Of a DNA stretch of 64,000 bases, positions 14,790-28,380 are shown piece after piece (the stretch's first letter is position 1; each line of letters opens with the position of its first letter). The DNA lies in NCBI RefSeq assembly GCF_036321535.1, contig NC_087436.1:81098001-81162000 (forward strand). Direction: 5' to 3'. The notes beneath the pieces were generated by a model. It was not told where the DNA came from. It saw only the letters and a program-made list of their open reading frames with translations, and did not search any database. This DNA comes from Camelus dromedarius. Lineage: Eukaryota. The position numbers were made by a program, and so were the translations under genes.

Positions 14790-15065
14790 CACCTGAAGGT
14801 TAAGCAGAAATGAGCCTTGTAGCAGTATCTGTGTGCAGATAATGTTCTAGATGGAGGGAACAGCATATGCAAAGGCCCTGATGTGAAAAAAAGCTTAGTT
14901 AAGGAAGAGGGAGCTTAGTGAGGAGGAGGGAAAGTAACAGGAAAGAAAGATGGAGAAAGTGGTGGCCTGGGAGCATATAGGTTCTTGGATGCTTCTGGAA
15001 AGACTTTGGGTCTTCTCTAAAAGTAATCGGGAATTTATTAAAAGGTTTTAAGCAAAAGAGCAGCA
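14790..15065 (-). mobile_element. L2 fragment
   Basis: 'gagggaacagcatatgcaaaggccctga...aaggttttaagcaaaagag'. Confidence 0.75.
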
Positions 15066-15857
15066 GGCTGTTGAACTGAGAAGATTTAGGAGACAGGGAA
15101 AGCTAAGACAGGGAATGTAGGTGTAAGAGTGTTGACCCCTCCCCCTAGTAATTAGCACCTCTAGTTTGAACTGCTAGTTGCTCATGAAGAATGACAATTA
15201 CAAAACCTAGCTGATCTAGTTTGAACTTTATACTGAGAGAACGGTCACCAAGACTGGCGCTGTAGCACAGAGAAAAGAAGCCTGTTTGGAGCTCTGCGAG
15301 AACCTTGCACTGGGTTTTGCTCACACTAAGTGACAGGTGAGGCTGACACTCCTAGCAGACTGGGCTACAGCAGTGGGAAGGGGTAGTAGCAGACGGAGCG
15401 CCTCCCTCCCTGTCATGAACCCAGAGAGTGAAAGGAGTAAGGAAACCCGCTTTTGCCCACCGATTTGCAAACAACATAAAAACTGAATAATATTCTAAGA
15501 CCGTACAAACACAAATACTGTTCCCCTTGTGTCAGTTACACACAGCACACCTCCATGTAAAGAATGGTAGTTCTTCACTCACAGACAGGACGTATGGCAG
15601 TGCACTATTCAAAATGCATTGATAATCCTAATTTTTGTTTCTGGTGCCGAGATACTATAAAAGGAACTGCTTTTGCAACCTATTAAAGACTTCCAGGAAC
15701 AAACATTTTAGTTTGTTCGAGATTTGTGGTTTTGAGCCATTAATCTCCCGCCAGGCAAGGGGCGGTCAGGAGATACCCATTGGTGGTGGTCTCAGTGTGG
15801 GAGTTCTTCCTCAGAGGTTCTGAGTCCTCCTCATCTGAGCCACACTCAGTATCACCC

Positions 15858-16025
15858 TAGGAGAAGACTAGTAAGGAGACTAATTCATCAGTCCAGGCAT
15901 GGAAAATGTGGTTGGATTTGTGAACGTTTTGTGGTAGAAATGACAGGCTTACTGACGAATTGAATTGGATATGAGATGCAAGGGCCACAAAAGAATCAGG
16001 GAAACTTAGGTTTTGCCCCAATTTT
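15858..16025 (-). mobile_element. L2 fragment
   Basis: 'ggtagaaatgacaggcttactgacgaattgaattggatatgag' resembles L2 internal sequence. Confidence 0.6.
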
Positions 16026-16380
16026 TCATTTGCTATATTCACCTAAATAGAAATGACATGTAATTATAAAAATAGTATTTAGACTTGAAATGTAATTTTT
16101 TAAAGTTCTCATAATTACCAATGTTTCATTTAAGAATATTTGTTTCCAGCCTTTATCCAAACATACACAGTTTTACTAACTGTAAAAATAGTAGTTGAAT
16201 TTTTTTCTGTTTTTACTTAATAAAAGGTCATTAGTGGTCTTACATTATTTTGCATCTTTATATAATTTAATAACTTTGATGACTGTATGCATATGTATTC
16301 CCTCAAGGTCATATTTTTAATTAAAGTAACCGTCTTCCATTATTACTTATTTCATTAAGATTAATGAAAAATACATATTT

Positions 16381-16599
16381 TTTGCAGATACTAACTATAC
16401 ATAAAATAGATAAACAGCAAGATCCTACTGTGTAGCACAAGGAATTATATCCAATACCTTGTAATAGCCTAGAGTAAAAAAAAATATGAAAAGGCATATA
16501 TATACACATATGTATAGTATATGCACATACTGAATCACTATGGTGTACACCAGAAATTACAACAATATTGTAAATGGACTATACTTCAATAAAAAAAAA
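16381..16599 (+). mobile_element. 5'-truncated young L1, 3' UTR with poly(A)
   Basis: 'aaatagataaacagcaagatcctactgtgtagcacaaggaattatatcc...ctatacttcaataaaaaaaaa', an artiodactyl-type L1 3' end. Confidence 0.85.
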
Positions 16600-18145
16600 T
16601 CATTGACTAAACAGGATCTGATTTTTAAAAGGATGTTTTTGATTTTTCAAAATAAGGCATAATACTAACAGATGGACTTAGAGATATGAAAATCATTCAG
16701 AAAACTCTGATAGTGAACAATTTAGTGTCTTTCTCAAAAACTCATTTCTTGGCACAGCCTTTTATCTGAGAATTTTAAAATGCTAGTGAAACTGGCCTAT
16801 TATTTTGTTTGCTCACTTCAACAAGTATTTTTCAGTGTTCAAGCAAAACATGACTTCATTCTGTATGATATATTGTAGTGAAAAAATTAATGACCAATGT
16901 TCATATCAGAGATTTAAAAAGTGTTCTACATTTATTTGTTATTTCATAATGAGATAATGAATGATTAGATGATTTCGACTTGTTTACTTTTTGATACCTT
17001 TAGTGAAATGTCACTTAATCAAAAGTGATGAAGTTAGTACTTCACATAAGGAAACAGAGTTATTAATTAGGAAGAGTTGTGCTATCTTATTGTCTCTCAA
17101 TATTGCTTTATTGACTCAGCCTGTAATATGCGATGTAACTCAGAACATAAAATTCTATTTATTGAAGAAGTCTATGAGAAGTCGACCCATCATTAGAATG
17201 CAGTTTGGGGTTTTTGAAGTCGTTAATATTAGCATCCCCATTTTATGTATTTCTTGTGCCTAGAATTTTTATCAAAGCAAACATTTTTTAAAGCATAGCA
17301 AAAATTCCCATACCTGCAGTATTTAATGATGATGAAAATGAAGAAGGGAAAGTTTCAAGCTTTGCAGTAAGAACTTCCTGAATCATTCTAACACAGTTCT
17401 TATAGATACAGGGATAAGTGTCCTTTCCTCCAATTAATAATGTAACTAGTGAAAGAGAAGATGCACCACTGTTTGAGGGATGCAGAAACTAGATCTGGGG
17501 GAGGCCAAGTGGAGGTGGTGTTTGGTGCACCTCCTTTACATGGGGCAATTGTGCTGTTGGTCTGTCTTGATTGTCTGGTAAAGCAGGAACTTTGAAAGAA
17601 CACATATATTTATGTGATGCTTATAATTAAGGATTTTTTCTGCTTGTTTATTTTTTGTTTGTTTCAAAGTTGGGCATAAGTTTGTTTTTCTTATTATTTT
17701 TGGTTTTTGTGTTGATTTTCCTTAAATTTAGTTTTACCTCAAGATTTTAAGGGCTCTTGACATATTATAAACTTAAGAAAGTAAAATATTTTTTCCCAAT
17801 AATGGTGAACCTGTGACTTGAAGACAAGATGCAGTTATATCCAAAAGTCAAGGGAGACTCTGATAAAATTCCCAACCAAAAATAATAATATGTAATGAAA
17901 AATTACTATGTTTAAGTACGTAATTTTTGATTACACAGAACTGGATAAAACAAGAACACATTACTCTTGTAGGTAGAGAAGTCATTTTATGTTTTCTGCC
18001 GTATAAATAATGACCGTTATTGGAGGACTTTCTATAGTAATTATGTAGTTTGGTAAAAAGGCCTTGAGAAGTCTTTCTATGTATTATGTGGTCGAAAAAT
18101 CTAAGCAAGGTGAAAGTTATTTGAGTAGATGTAAGCACTTTAGAC

Positions 18146-18354
18146 TTGTTCTGTTCAATAGGGTAACCTCCTGCCACATGTGGTTATTTAAACGTAAGTT
18201 AATTTAAATTAAATAAATTAAGAATACAATTCTCCAGTTGCACTGTCTGTATTTCCAGTGCTCAACAGCCACATATGCCTAGTGACTACCATATTGGACA
18301 GCTCAGATTATAGAATATTTCCATCACAGAAGAACATTCTGTTGGACACTGCTG
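18146..18354. mobile_element. MER3 hAT-Charlie DNA transposon
   Basis: 'gccacatgtggttatttaaa...gtgctcaacagccacatatgcctagtgactaccatattggacagc...ttctgttggacactgctg'. Confidence 0.88.
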
Positions 18355-18489
18355 CTCTAGGTGCAACTTACATATGTTCCCTCATCTTTTATTTTATTAT
18401 TAATAATAATTATAATAGAAGTAGAAGTAACATTGTGTTGCTAAAGTGTATATCAGAAAATGTGCATTTTAACATAAATATTTTATGAA

Positions 18490-18625
18490 TGATTAAAACA
18501 ATCTTGCAATGTAAGTCTTATTATTCTACTTCACATATGAGGAAACCATGACCACGATGGAGAAGTTAGTGGCTGATAGAGAGAGGATTCAAACCTGTGC
18601 CTCTCTCATGCTATATACCATGATC
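18490..18625 (-). mobile_element. MIR fragment
   Basis: 'ttattattctacttcacatatgaggaaac...aggattcaaacct'. Confidence 0.6.
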
Positions 18626-21393
18626 TTTCTTATGCATGCAAATTTATTCTAAATGGATTCATGAATAAAAATAAATACATTTACACACATTTTGCAATAA
18701 AAAATCTGAGGGTATTTATGTAACTGATGGTAATCCATATTCTACAGAATGGGAGCAGGATTGGGAGGTACTTGGCCACAGATCCTATCCTAGCTATTGA
18801 CACTTAAAAACTTCATATTATTACATAGTCAGATTCATGACAAATGGGTATCACACAACATTATCTAAACATAAACATGTATATAGGTGTACTTTGTATG
18901 TTACCTTAGAATTAATAACTGAAGACCAAAAGATACAGTTTTGAATATAGGAAAATTTTGCATACATTATAATTCATATAGTCAGTAATAATTAAATAGA
19001 ATATATAGAAAATTAGCTATAGTTTTATAAGGTACTCTGTTTAAATTTTTTTCTCCCATTTGCTGGCACAAAATAGTATGTCACTCAGTTAAAAACGCTT
19101 ATTCTTCAAATGTATCTTATATTTAGGTACTTTTCATTAATAGCATATAATTTTTTTGGTGGCTGTTATTAGACCTCTATGGAGTTATGAACATTCTTTG
19201 CTAGAACACAGTATTCAATCTAGGTTACTTACAGTCAGACTGTAAGAGCTATCTGCAGTCAGGGGTGTAGGGTGGTAAGTAGCCTAACAAGTAGGCAACT
19301 GTTTTCCATGAATACTCTTGTATCTGATGGACATTTTACCAGGTTTATTATACTATCATATTATTTTAGTATCGTTATTGAGTAAAGTTCTTCCGGGGCT
19401 TGCGACTGCAAAATAACTTTCCAATGAAATGAGCTGAATAGGAAATTTTAATTCATATTCATTTTAATAACTTATTCAGTCTAATAACTGCCAGAGGAAA
19501 TTCTTATGCATAACTCTTGATCGTAGACATCTAAGCTTTAAAATTAAGTTTTGTTAGACCATGTCTTGAAAGAATAAGTATACTGTACATTTGAAGAAAA
19601 TACTTGAAATTTTTATCAGAATAAAATAAAAAAAGTTTCACTCAGCAGCTGATGAGAAGTCATCTTTTATTAAGTTGCTTCCCAAAGGAATAAATATACT
19701 GTGTCCTTAACTGCTGGATAAATTCAGGTTGCGAATCTCGGCTTTAGAATTTGCCTACAGCTATTATATCTCACATGGGCACTTACAATCCTGTATTCTT
19801 GGGTCAAAGCTTATTTTGTGAATTACTTACTTTTAGAAAGAAAAAGTGGTAACCATAAGACCAAAACTACTTAATATTCTTTACAGGCAATTCTGAAATG
19901 TATTAAAAAAAAAAAAACACTGTTATAAAATGAGAACAAGAAACAATCTGCAAACACTGAATTTGAAATTGGAATTAAAATTGAAATGACACTTTAAGAC
20001 AGTGAGAATTTTTACTTTTGCCTGAAATGTTTTCAGCATAAAAATACTTCGGCACATAAAGCAACAGACAATATTTTAGAATCAATTAGTTTATCGTGTA
20101 TGAATGGTTTATTAAACTTAATTTTAAGTAACCTGCTTTTTAAAATTCAAGCATGATAACCGTAGCCATATTTAACCACAGCTGTCTTATGAGTTTCATG
20201 CAATAGTGGACTAGTTAATGGTACGAGTATTTAATAAACCTTGCTCCTTTCATAGTTCATTGAGACATTCTTGGCCAAAGTAGAGGTTGGTAAAAAAAAG
20301 TTTACAGCAACTTATGTAGAACAGTGCAAAATAAGGTCAAAATCAAAAAGGATATAAATAATACAAATCTAACATTTGAATGATGTTTTGGAACAATTTT
20401 CTATCGAATGAAAGAAGGAAAGAATTTTTGCCTTGTTTTTATGTTATCCTTTTTTTTGTTTTTTGACTTGAGTGTTATTGGATTTTGTTTCCTTCTTAGC
20501 CTTTTAATTTTTTCCTGGGTGGTGGCTAAATTCTTCCACTTTTCCAAGCCTCAACTTATATAACTGTATAATTGGAAAAATAATTTATTGAAACCTATTC
20601 CTGATTGTGTTTTAATAAAGTGCCATCAGGCATACTGAAACCTTTGGAGGAAAGGCAATGCATTCTAAATGGTCTACTTTTTTCTTCCTCTTGAATTCCA
20701 CAAGATTTAAGAAGGACTTCTGCAAGGAAAGAAGAAATACCTTCTTTCTCAGTTAAAAACAATTCCCTCTAAAAACTTGGGTACTGAAATTAACAGTCAA
20801 TCTTTACTATCTAGCCAGCAGTGAAACTTTGCATAGGTATCTAAGGAAATCTGGGGAGGAAAATGGTCAAAACAGAGTAATCTTTAGAATACTTATGTCT
20901 ACCTGCTCTGCCAAGTGGACAGGGTATTAGGGAAATGAATGAATTTATCCTCCAGGCACTTTCAAAAGGAACTAATATTCTATTTGGTTGGCAGAGTACA
21001 AATACTTCAGGAGTAGATAATAACCACAAAATACAAGTTTTACAAAATGTCACAGCTTTTCTTCACATACAATTGCGTTCTCATTGGTCAGTTTGTCAAG
21101 ACTTTCTTTTCGACACTGACAAAAGAAGGAACAAACTCTTCCTTGCCACTGCTTTTGTATAAAGTGTCGATAGAGTATATTTTAAATAATTTTTAAAAGT
21201 TCACATCATCAATATTGGGACCCTGGGATCTGCTAATTCCTTTTTTATCAGTAAGCAAAATTATTCAATTGGAAGGCACATGTAACTGATCTTTCTTTGA
21301 AATTTATTACCTGAGACCCTGTAATAAAGTTCAGCACTTGTAGGGTTCTTGCCATAAAAACCAATTTTAAAAGCTTCTCAGAAAGTTTTTCTT

Positions 21394-21527
21394 TTTCTTT
21401 CTGTCTCTTTTTTGGGGGGGGGGGAGTAATTAGGCTTTTTTTAATTTTTTAATGGCGGTACTGGTGATTGAACCCAGGACCTCGTGCATGCTAAGCACGT
21501 GCTCTACCATTAAGCTATACCCTCCCG
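21394..21527 (-). mobile_element. Camelid Vic-1-type tRNA-Ala(AGC)-derived SINE with 17-bp TSD
   Basis: Minus strand reads GGGAGGGTATAGCTTAATGGTAGAGCACGTGCTTAGCATGCACGAGGTCCTGGGTTCAATC (A and B boxes), then an A-rich stretch, CCTAATTAC, a C-run and an A-rich tail; TSD CTCAGAAAGTTTTTCTT at 21377-21393 and 21528-21544. Confidence 0.9.
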
Positions 21528-22774
21528 CTCAGAAAGTTTTTCTTAATCTTTTGCTGGAAAATTATTCTAGTGAAAACCGCTGTTGTCAGCCTATTGTTTG
21601 TGAAACAAAATGGAAACATTTTTATAAATATGATTTGAACCCCAAGTTATTATAGTGAAATGCTACTCTGATATAGAAGTAGGCATGCTATAAGCAGTCA
21701 AAAATACTTGCTTTGCATTGGTTATCTGAATTTGAGAGTATCTCCTTACATGAAACTAAATTTGGTTCTGAATTTGCTTCAGCATCATAATGTTTAGACT
21801 CATTTTCCTTCCATTTTCCTCGATCCATACTATGAAGGATCATCTTCATAGTAATATTAGCATATTCTCATGCCATTTAGTCATAAATATGGGCCATGGG
21901 GAATCTTTGAAGTCATTTTTTCTCCGTGGTTAGCCACGTCTTAGAGCTCCTTTTAACTGGCTCTGTGAATGTGGTGTTGGCCAACACCTACGGGAAAAAC
22001 AGGCTTACCCGGCCAGTGAGGTGAGCAGAGAAATTCAAGCCCTCCAGTCTCTCATATTCAATACTCACAAAAGAAAATTGAGAGTAAAAGTAATCAAAAG
22101 TAAATACATTCCCTCATAAACAAACCACGTGAAAACATAGACTGTTCCAAAGTGCTTTTAACACTCAAGCAATTGAAGATAATTTCTGAGTGGTTATTTT
22201 AATTTAGGAAAAGGAATTAACAGGAGAATAGTCCCAGGTTAGACAAGGATCCATAGCATTGCTATCAGCTGAGGTCATCTGAGACACAGCAAGAGAAAAA
22301 GTGTTCTCATAGAAAATGAAGTTGAATTTTCTTAAATTATAAGGTGAATTATTTGGCAAAATCAAGCATTATACTTTGCACATAGTTGAGATTTAAAAAA
22401 TTGAGGTAGATTGAATGAAACAGTGAAGACATTTGTGGTCTAAGTTGTGTTAAAAAATACTAAGTTTCAATTTTGACTAAATGATTTTTGCTAAAGATTT
22501 GTTTAGTTTTAACGGACAAGCATGAGAACATGAAAAAATTTCCTTGGAGTTCTATAAGTGTGAGGTCAAAAATTACTATCACCTTGTTTGTCAAATTCTG
22601 GGGCACTATAAGAAAATCTATTCTGAGACCACAAATTAGTTTCAAAAATTTGAAACTGTCCCTAAAAAATATTTACATTTTAATTATCTAAATTGAATAA
22701 CCAAATGTAAATAAATGGTTTTGAAAGTCCTAAAAAGTCCCTTTGAGAGTCTCCGGTAGTAACCTGAGAGAGGC

Positions 22775-23855
22775 CATTCATTCAACTGATTTTGATTCAG
22801 AGCCTCTCAGTAATGTTCCAGGAATTGTTCTTGGTCCTGGGGATACATGAGTGAATAAAGTAGAAAATGCTGTCATCATGCAGCATACAATCTAGTGGGC
22901 AGAACCAGACGATGAGCAAAATAAATAGTAAATGATACAGTAAGATGGTAAGTACATTGGAGAAAAATAAACTAAGGACAGGGATGGAGAGTGGGGGTAG
23001 GGAAAAGTACCATTTCAAATCCAGTTGTCAGAGATGGCCTCGCTGAAGGAGCTGACATTTGAGCAAAGACTTGAGGGACTGTGCCTGCCAGGCAGAGGAG
23101 ACAGCAGGTACAAAGGTCCAGAGCTAGCATCCCTCCTCAAGTAAAACTAGGAGGCCAGTGTGCCTGGAGTAGAATGAACTGATAACATCAAAAAGCCATT
23201 TTAAGAACTTTGGCTTTTATTCTTTGTGAAGGAGAAAACCATTGGAAGATATTTTGTGCAGAGACGTTTGTAACATTTTAATGGTATCTGGCTGGCTGGT
23301 GTGTTGGGAATAAAACTGACCAAGGGTGGAAGCAAAGAGGCAGGTTAAGAGGCCCTCTGTTTCATCCAGGATTTGGACGATAGCAGCTTGGATAAAGGTA
23401 TGAGAAGTACTTGTATTTTCAGTATGTTTTGAAGCAGAGCCAGTAGGATTTGCTAAGAGATTTTTGCGGGATGTGAGAGAGCGCCAAGTCACTCATGGCT
23501 CTAAGGCAGTGGTTCTCAACTGGAGGTGATTTTGCCCCCCAGGGAACATTTAGCAATGACTAGTGACATATTCGGTTGTCACAGCTGGGGAGGATGCTAT
23601 ATGTGTCCAGTGGACAGAGGCCAGAGAAGCTGCTAAACATGCTATGATGCACAAAACAGCTCTCTCCAAAGACAAATTATCCAGCCCTAAGTGTCAACAA
23701 TGCTGAAGTTGAGAAACTTTCGACTAAGGATCTTGGCCTGAGCAACTGGATGGATGGAGTTATCAGTAACAGAATGAGGAGGCTGCTAGTGGAGTGGTTC
23801 TGGGAAGTGAAATCAGTAATTCTGTCTCTTTGAGATGCCTATTAGATTTTCATGA
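22775..23855 (-). mobile_element. L2 (L2a-like) 3' portion, interrupted by MER20
   Basis: Starts at L2 tail 'cattcattcaac'; internal 'tgacatttgagcaaagacttga', 'agagccagtaggatttgct', 'ttggcctgagcaactgga'. Confidence 0.88.
23507..23721 (+). mobile_element. MER20 hAT-Charlie DNA transposon
   Basis: 'cagtggttctcaactggaggtgattttgccccccaggg...tgctgaagttgagaaac'; decayed 8-bp TSD ctctaagg / gactaagg. Confidence 0.92.
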
Positions 23856-26219
23856 GGCCGATTTCAAATATTACAGTGTCATAAAATAAAAATGAAATGA
23901 AAATTTATCTGATTTTAAATGATTTTTAAATGGTTTCTGTAGAATTTAAATTCCTGTAGAATAGAAATAGTGTCTCGAACTATGCCTGTGTTTGAGACAA
24001 GGCTGGATATAGTTTCCAGTATTTCAGGTGCATAAGAAAAGCATGACTGGCTTTGCATCATATTAATTTTCTCCCTGCAAATTCTATAACATTATTTGAA
24101 ATGATGTATCAGATATATTACATATTAGATAAACATTCTGTCTCATCATCTGATAAACATGTTTTCTAGCTAAAGTACAACAAGGGTTATAATTAATGTT
24201 GCCTAATACATTACAGTTTTTTCATCCCCTTACTCAATCTGATTTTTATGAAAAGGAAATCTTCATGCTAGAAGGACTCTGTAAAAAGAGAGATTATCTT
24301 AAGGATCTTTCTCTTTTATACCTTTTCCTATTTTGGATCCAGGGCTAGTACCACACACTTCTCTAAGCAGAATTTCTGATAGCTTAGAAGATAGTCTTTT
24401 GAGGCTATCCCTAAAAATAATTGGTTTCTTTTCACCTATTAGTCCTTCAAAATAGCTTCTTTTTTCCTTTAAGGTCAGAATGCTTGCAGCTGAGCAGGCA
24501 GCTACAAGGGCAGTGTGACTTGTTGCTAGAGGAAATTGGCCTTATTACTTCTCAGCCAGCCTTGGTGGGTTATGTGGAAAAAATGCAATCTGCTTAGCCT
24601 AAGATTTTAAAGTCTTTTAACTTTGCAGCTGAGTGCCTAAAATTGAATTTCATAATTAACTTAGCTGTGACTATCCCTCTCATTTTTTCCCCACATGCAT
24701 TCCTTTCTCCAGACGAAGAAGCCAGTCAGTAAATACCTTAGACTTGCCCATCAGCCATGAAGCAAGGGAAACGTAGATGCTGGTGACTGAATTAATTCTC
24801 ACACTTTGGTTAGCACTGCTCAGTAGTTCTCACTTTTTAATTTCTAAAATGTCCGTTTTTCTCTTGAAATACTGTGTTAAAGTAGCTTTAAAAATGCTTC
24901 TTCTCTTCCGTGTAAGTAAAACAGCCGGAATAATTAATTCACAGGTACTGGTTTTAATAACCCAGATGTACAGGGCTGCAGGAGTGAAATGACAAGACTC
25001 AGCAAAGGGAGGGGACTTGGCTGGATCGATTTAAAAGAAAATCTGTACATGAGGATTCTTTAGAAAGCTGTTGTGAGACATAATTTTCTGTTATTTTATG
25101 AGTTTCAATTTCTAGTCCCTTTGGTATTTTGAGAGTTTCGATTCGTCTTCACTTATACCACTTTTATTAAGACTCAGAAGTAGAAGCAATCATGGACAAA
25201 TGCTATGATGCACGTAGCATTCTTACTAAGATGTCTAAATTCGGACATTTGATCAGGATGATTGATGCATGTTGGAAACCTAGAAAAGTCGTTAGGGACA
25301 TGCATGGATCTTGCTGTAAATATGTTTTATAACAAAATTGATGTGTGGTTGCATCTTTCTGAAATTGAATAGACTGAATAGATAATGTCAGAAATATGAA
25401 ATACAGACTGTAACTGGTTAATAGTCAGCAAAGAAGGAAAGTAGTACAGTTAACTGAAAATGAATAATTAGGGAATGAATCTTTCTGAAGAACCAGGGAA
25501 GGAGCAGAGCAACCCAGTTTCCAGACTCATGGTTTGACTTTTTCTTTGGTGGCCAAAGGGAAATAGCCCAGGGGCACTAATCTATTACAGCTCGCTAATC
25601 AAACCATCACGTGGTCTTCCTTTCTGTTGTTACTCTAGACTTGTAGAAACTATAAGGTACATGAGAGTTTGATTTAATTTATCAAATACAGGCTCTGCCT
25701 AGCTCTGCCGTTTATTTTCTCCTGACATCCATAAATCATCTTGTTGAATTCTGCAGAAGTAAGCTAGTATTTGTGTTTTTCTGTATTCATTGTCCTAAAG
25801 AATCAAAAGTTACCATGAAAGATAAATAAGAAACCTACTAGAAAGACAGAAAAGAGTTTCTTAAATCACTTATTGACTTGTTTTCTGAACAAATACAAAG
25901 GTTTCCTTAAGTGGTTGAGTAAGATCTTTTAAATGTGGAAAAGTTCCACATCTAGAGGCTTGCATCGATGCTAGTTGGCATGCTCTCTTGGTTTCCCTTC
26001 TTGTAGTATTCCTTGATAGCCCAATGGTGAAAAGAAAGGATTTAGAGTATAATAAGTTTCTTATTAAAGTACACTTGGTCCATTTTCTCCTCCGTGTTTT
26101 TGTTGGCCTACCTGAATAATTTGTTCATAGTCTTTCACCAGACTTGTAATTTGTAATTTTCTCCATCATCAGATCAAAGACCATTAAAACAAAACAGAAA
26201 ACTGTACAGTTTTACTGCG

Positions 26220-26880
26220 TTTGTTCATCTGTGCCCCAACTGGTAACTCAGGAGTTACCATGTGCAGGCACTGAGCTGGCCACAGGGGCTACTTGGAAAA
26301 TGAGACAGACTCTTCCCACAAAGAGCTGATGGGGAAAATGAAAGAGAGCAGGGAAATTGATAGACAATTGCAGTGCATTTGCAAAATGCTATATAAATGC
26401 AGACAAGTACAAGTTATGATCATAGCACATAGAAGGGACTAAAGGCGTCTTCCCAGAAGAAGTAACCTCTAATCTGAGATCAAACAATGAGTGAGAGTTG
26501 GCTGGAAAAGAGAGAAGGGGTGAGTCTGTGCAAAGGGCCTGGGATTTTGCATATCTTGCTTTGTCTGAGTTTGAGAGGGGAAGCCTCAGGAAATAACCCT
26601 GTGGGTGTAGGAAAATGGTCCTTCCCTGTGATGCAATCCATGTTAAAGAACTGGAAACTGATCCAGAGAACAATGTGGGGTTTTAACCTGAAAGCTAAAG
26701 TGTTGGATGTACTACACATCAGAAGGATTACTTTGGCTCTAGTTTTGGAGAAGAGAAGGGAGGAGGGAAGACCAAAGTAAAGGCCGTTAGTTAGAAGGCT
26801 GTGAAGTAATCAAGGAGAGGGATGTCATGGTCTGAACCCAGGTGAGAGCTCAGAGGGGACAGATCCTAGATTTTGTGCAG
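26220..26880 (-). mobile_element. L2 fragment
   Basis: 'taccatgtgcaggcactgagct...cttcccagaagaagtaacctctaatctgagatc...gtgcaaagggcct'. Confidence 0.75.
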
Positions 26881-27429
26881 TGGAAGGATTTCTAGCATTG
26901 CGTTTGTATCATGCCTTTCCTGTGATTCTTTAGCAGCCATTTCATCACCAAGTGACAGGATTCACTCTGGAAAGCTTGGTGGTCACAGCTTCTGGCTCAG
27001 TGACCATCCTTCCAGTTCACCATTGGGAGGTGATTCAGGAATGTTAAGCCTCCAAAATCCACCTGTTACACTGGCACACAGGGAGAACTGCCTCAAAATG
27101 TAGTTTTCACTTTTAAGGCACGTTGCCTAGAGAAACAACATGATTTTAATTATCTGAGGAAATCTGACCCTAACCGAATGTTTCACCTGATTTAGATTTC
27201 GGGTCCATACTGTCAACAGCACATCTAGTTAAAAATTCATAACATGTTATTTGGAGAATGGAGTATGACTGCAGGTAAGCAAGCCCACCCTAATCTCTCT
27301 GGGACAGTCGCACTTTACATTTTGCTAGACATCATATGAGAAGAGGAACCTGGAAAGAGAAGTACAGAGGCAGTGTTTGATAGGAGGAAGTGCCACAACA
27401 AAGAGAAGAAATGACTACCAATACAAAAA

Positions 27430-27722
27430 TTATATGTATGTAATGTATGTAATATATGTGTATGTATGCATGTATGTAATTTACTTGACATAACTTGTTA
27501 GAATTGCAACTTTCCCATGATGTGTGGAACTGTAAAATCTTGATAAGTGCTCCTTAGCCAATTTAAATAAAACCACTCCCAAATCACTGACACTGCAAAT
27601 ATATATACATAGAACATATATATTATGTGTTATATTTTATATATACATGTATATATACATATATAATAGTATATAATACATTATATATACACTCTAGATA
27701 GATAGATATAGAGATATATAAA
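27430..27722. repeat. Degenerate (TATG)/(TA)-rich low-complexity tracts flanking copy 1 of a local duplication
   Basis: 27430-27478 is TATG-rich and 27600-27722 is TA-rich. Confidence 0.8.
27479..27599 (+). repeat. Local direct duplication, copy 1
   Basis: Aligns to 28381-28502 with about 20 mismatches and 1 gap (hand count). Confidence 0.93.
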
Positions 27723-28380
27723 TCTGGATTAAAATATAAAAAGGTGGATGGCCTTGGCCCTGTGCTTTCAGACATATGGAACATAGGTTTCTATATGATT
27801 CATGAGACGTTTCAATCTAATCATTTATTTTAGTGGACTGGACTTTCCACAGAAGAGTGATAGAAAAATGGTTTCTTGCATCTCCTCCTGCAGACAAAAT
27901 TGCAACAAAAAACACAATCAAATATGTAGACCTTTTCAGTAATTCAGAAAAAATAAGCACAGGATGTTGGCAAGCGAGGTTCTTCACTTACATAGGAAAA
28001 TGTGTCAACACCCTTTACTGGGGCTTCAGTGCACATCCCCAGAGCACTGACTCTTGGCAGGGGGCCAGGAAAAGCAGAAGGAGGGGAGGAATATGAAGCT
28101 GTGGAAAGCAATTTTTGTCTGTGTTGGAATAAGGTGACTGCCAATCTGATTCTATCCCAAGAACAATTTCTCCTACTTAAATATTGTGTAACTCAGCCAC
28201 TTTTTTGTCCAGTAAACTGCTGAGTTTGTTTGGATGCATAAAGAAGCTGAACGTGGACCATGGTGCCCAGCTGTTCCAGCAGAGGGAGGGCAGAAGATTG
28301 GGAGGCGGGGAAAATTCTCTGAGGTTGCCTACCTAGTATCCTCCCAACCTTTAGAGGAGGGTAGAGTGGTTCTATTTGAC

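Noticed and set aside
21455..21527. tRNA-Ala gene
   Set aside because: It has a SINE body, an A-rich tail and a TSD, so it is a retroposed SINE rather than a tRNA gene
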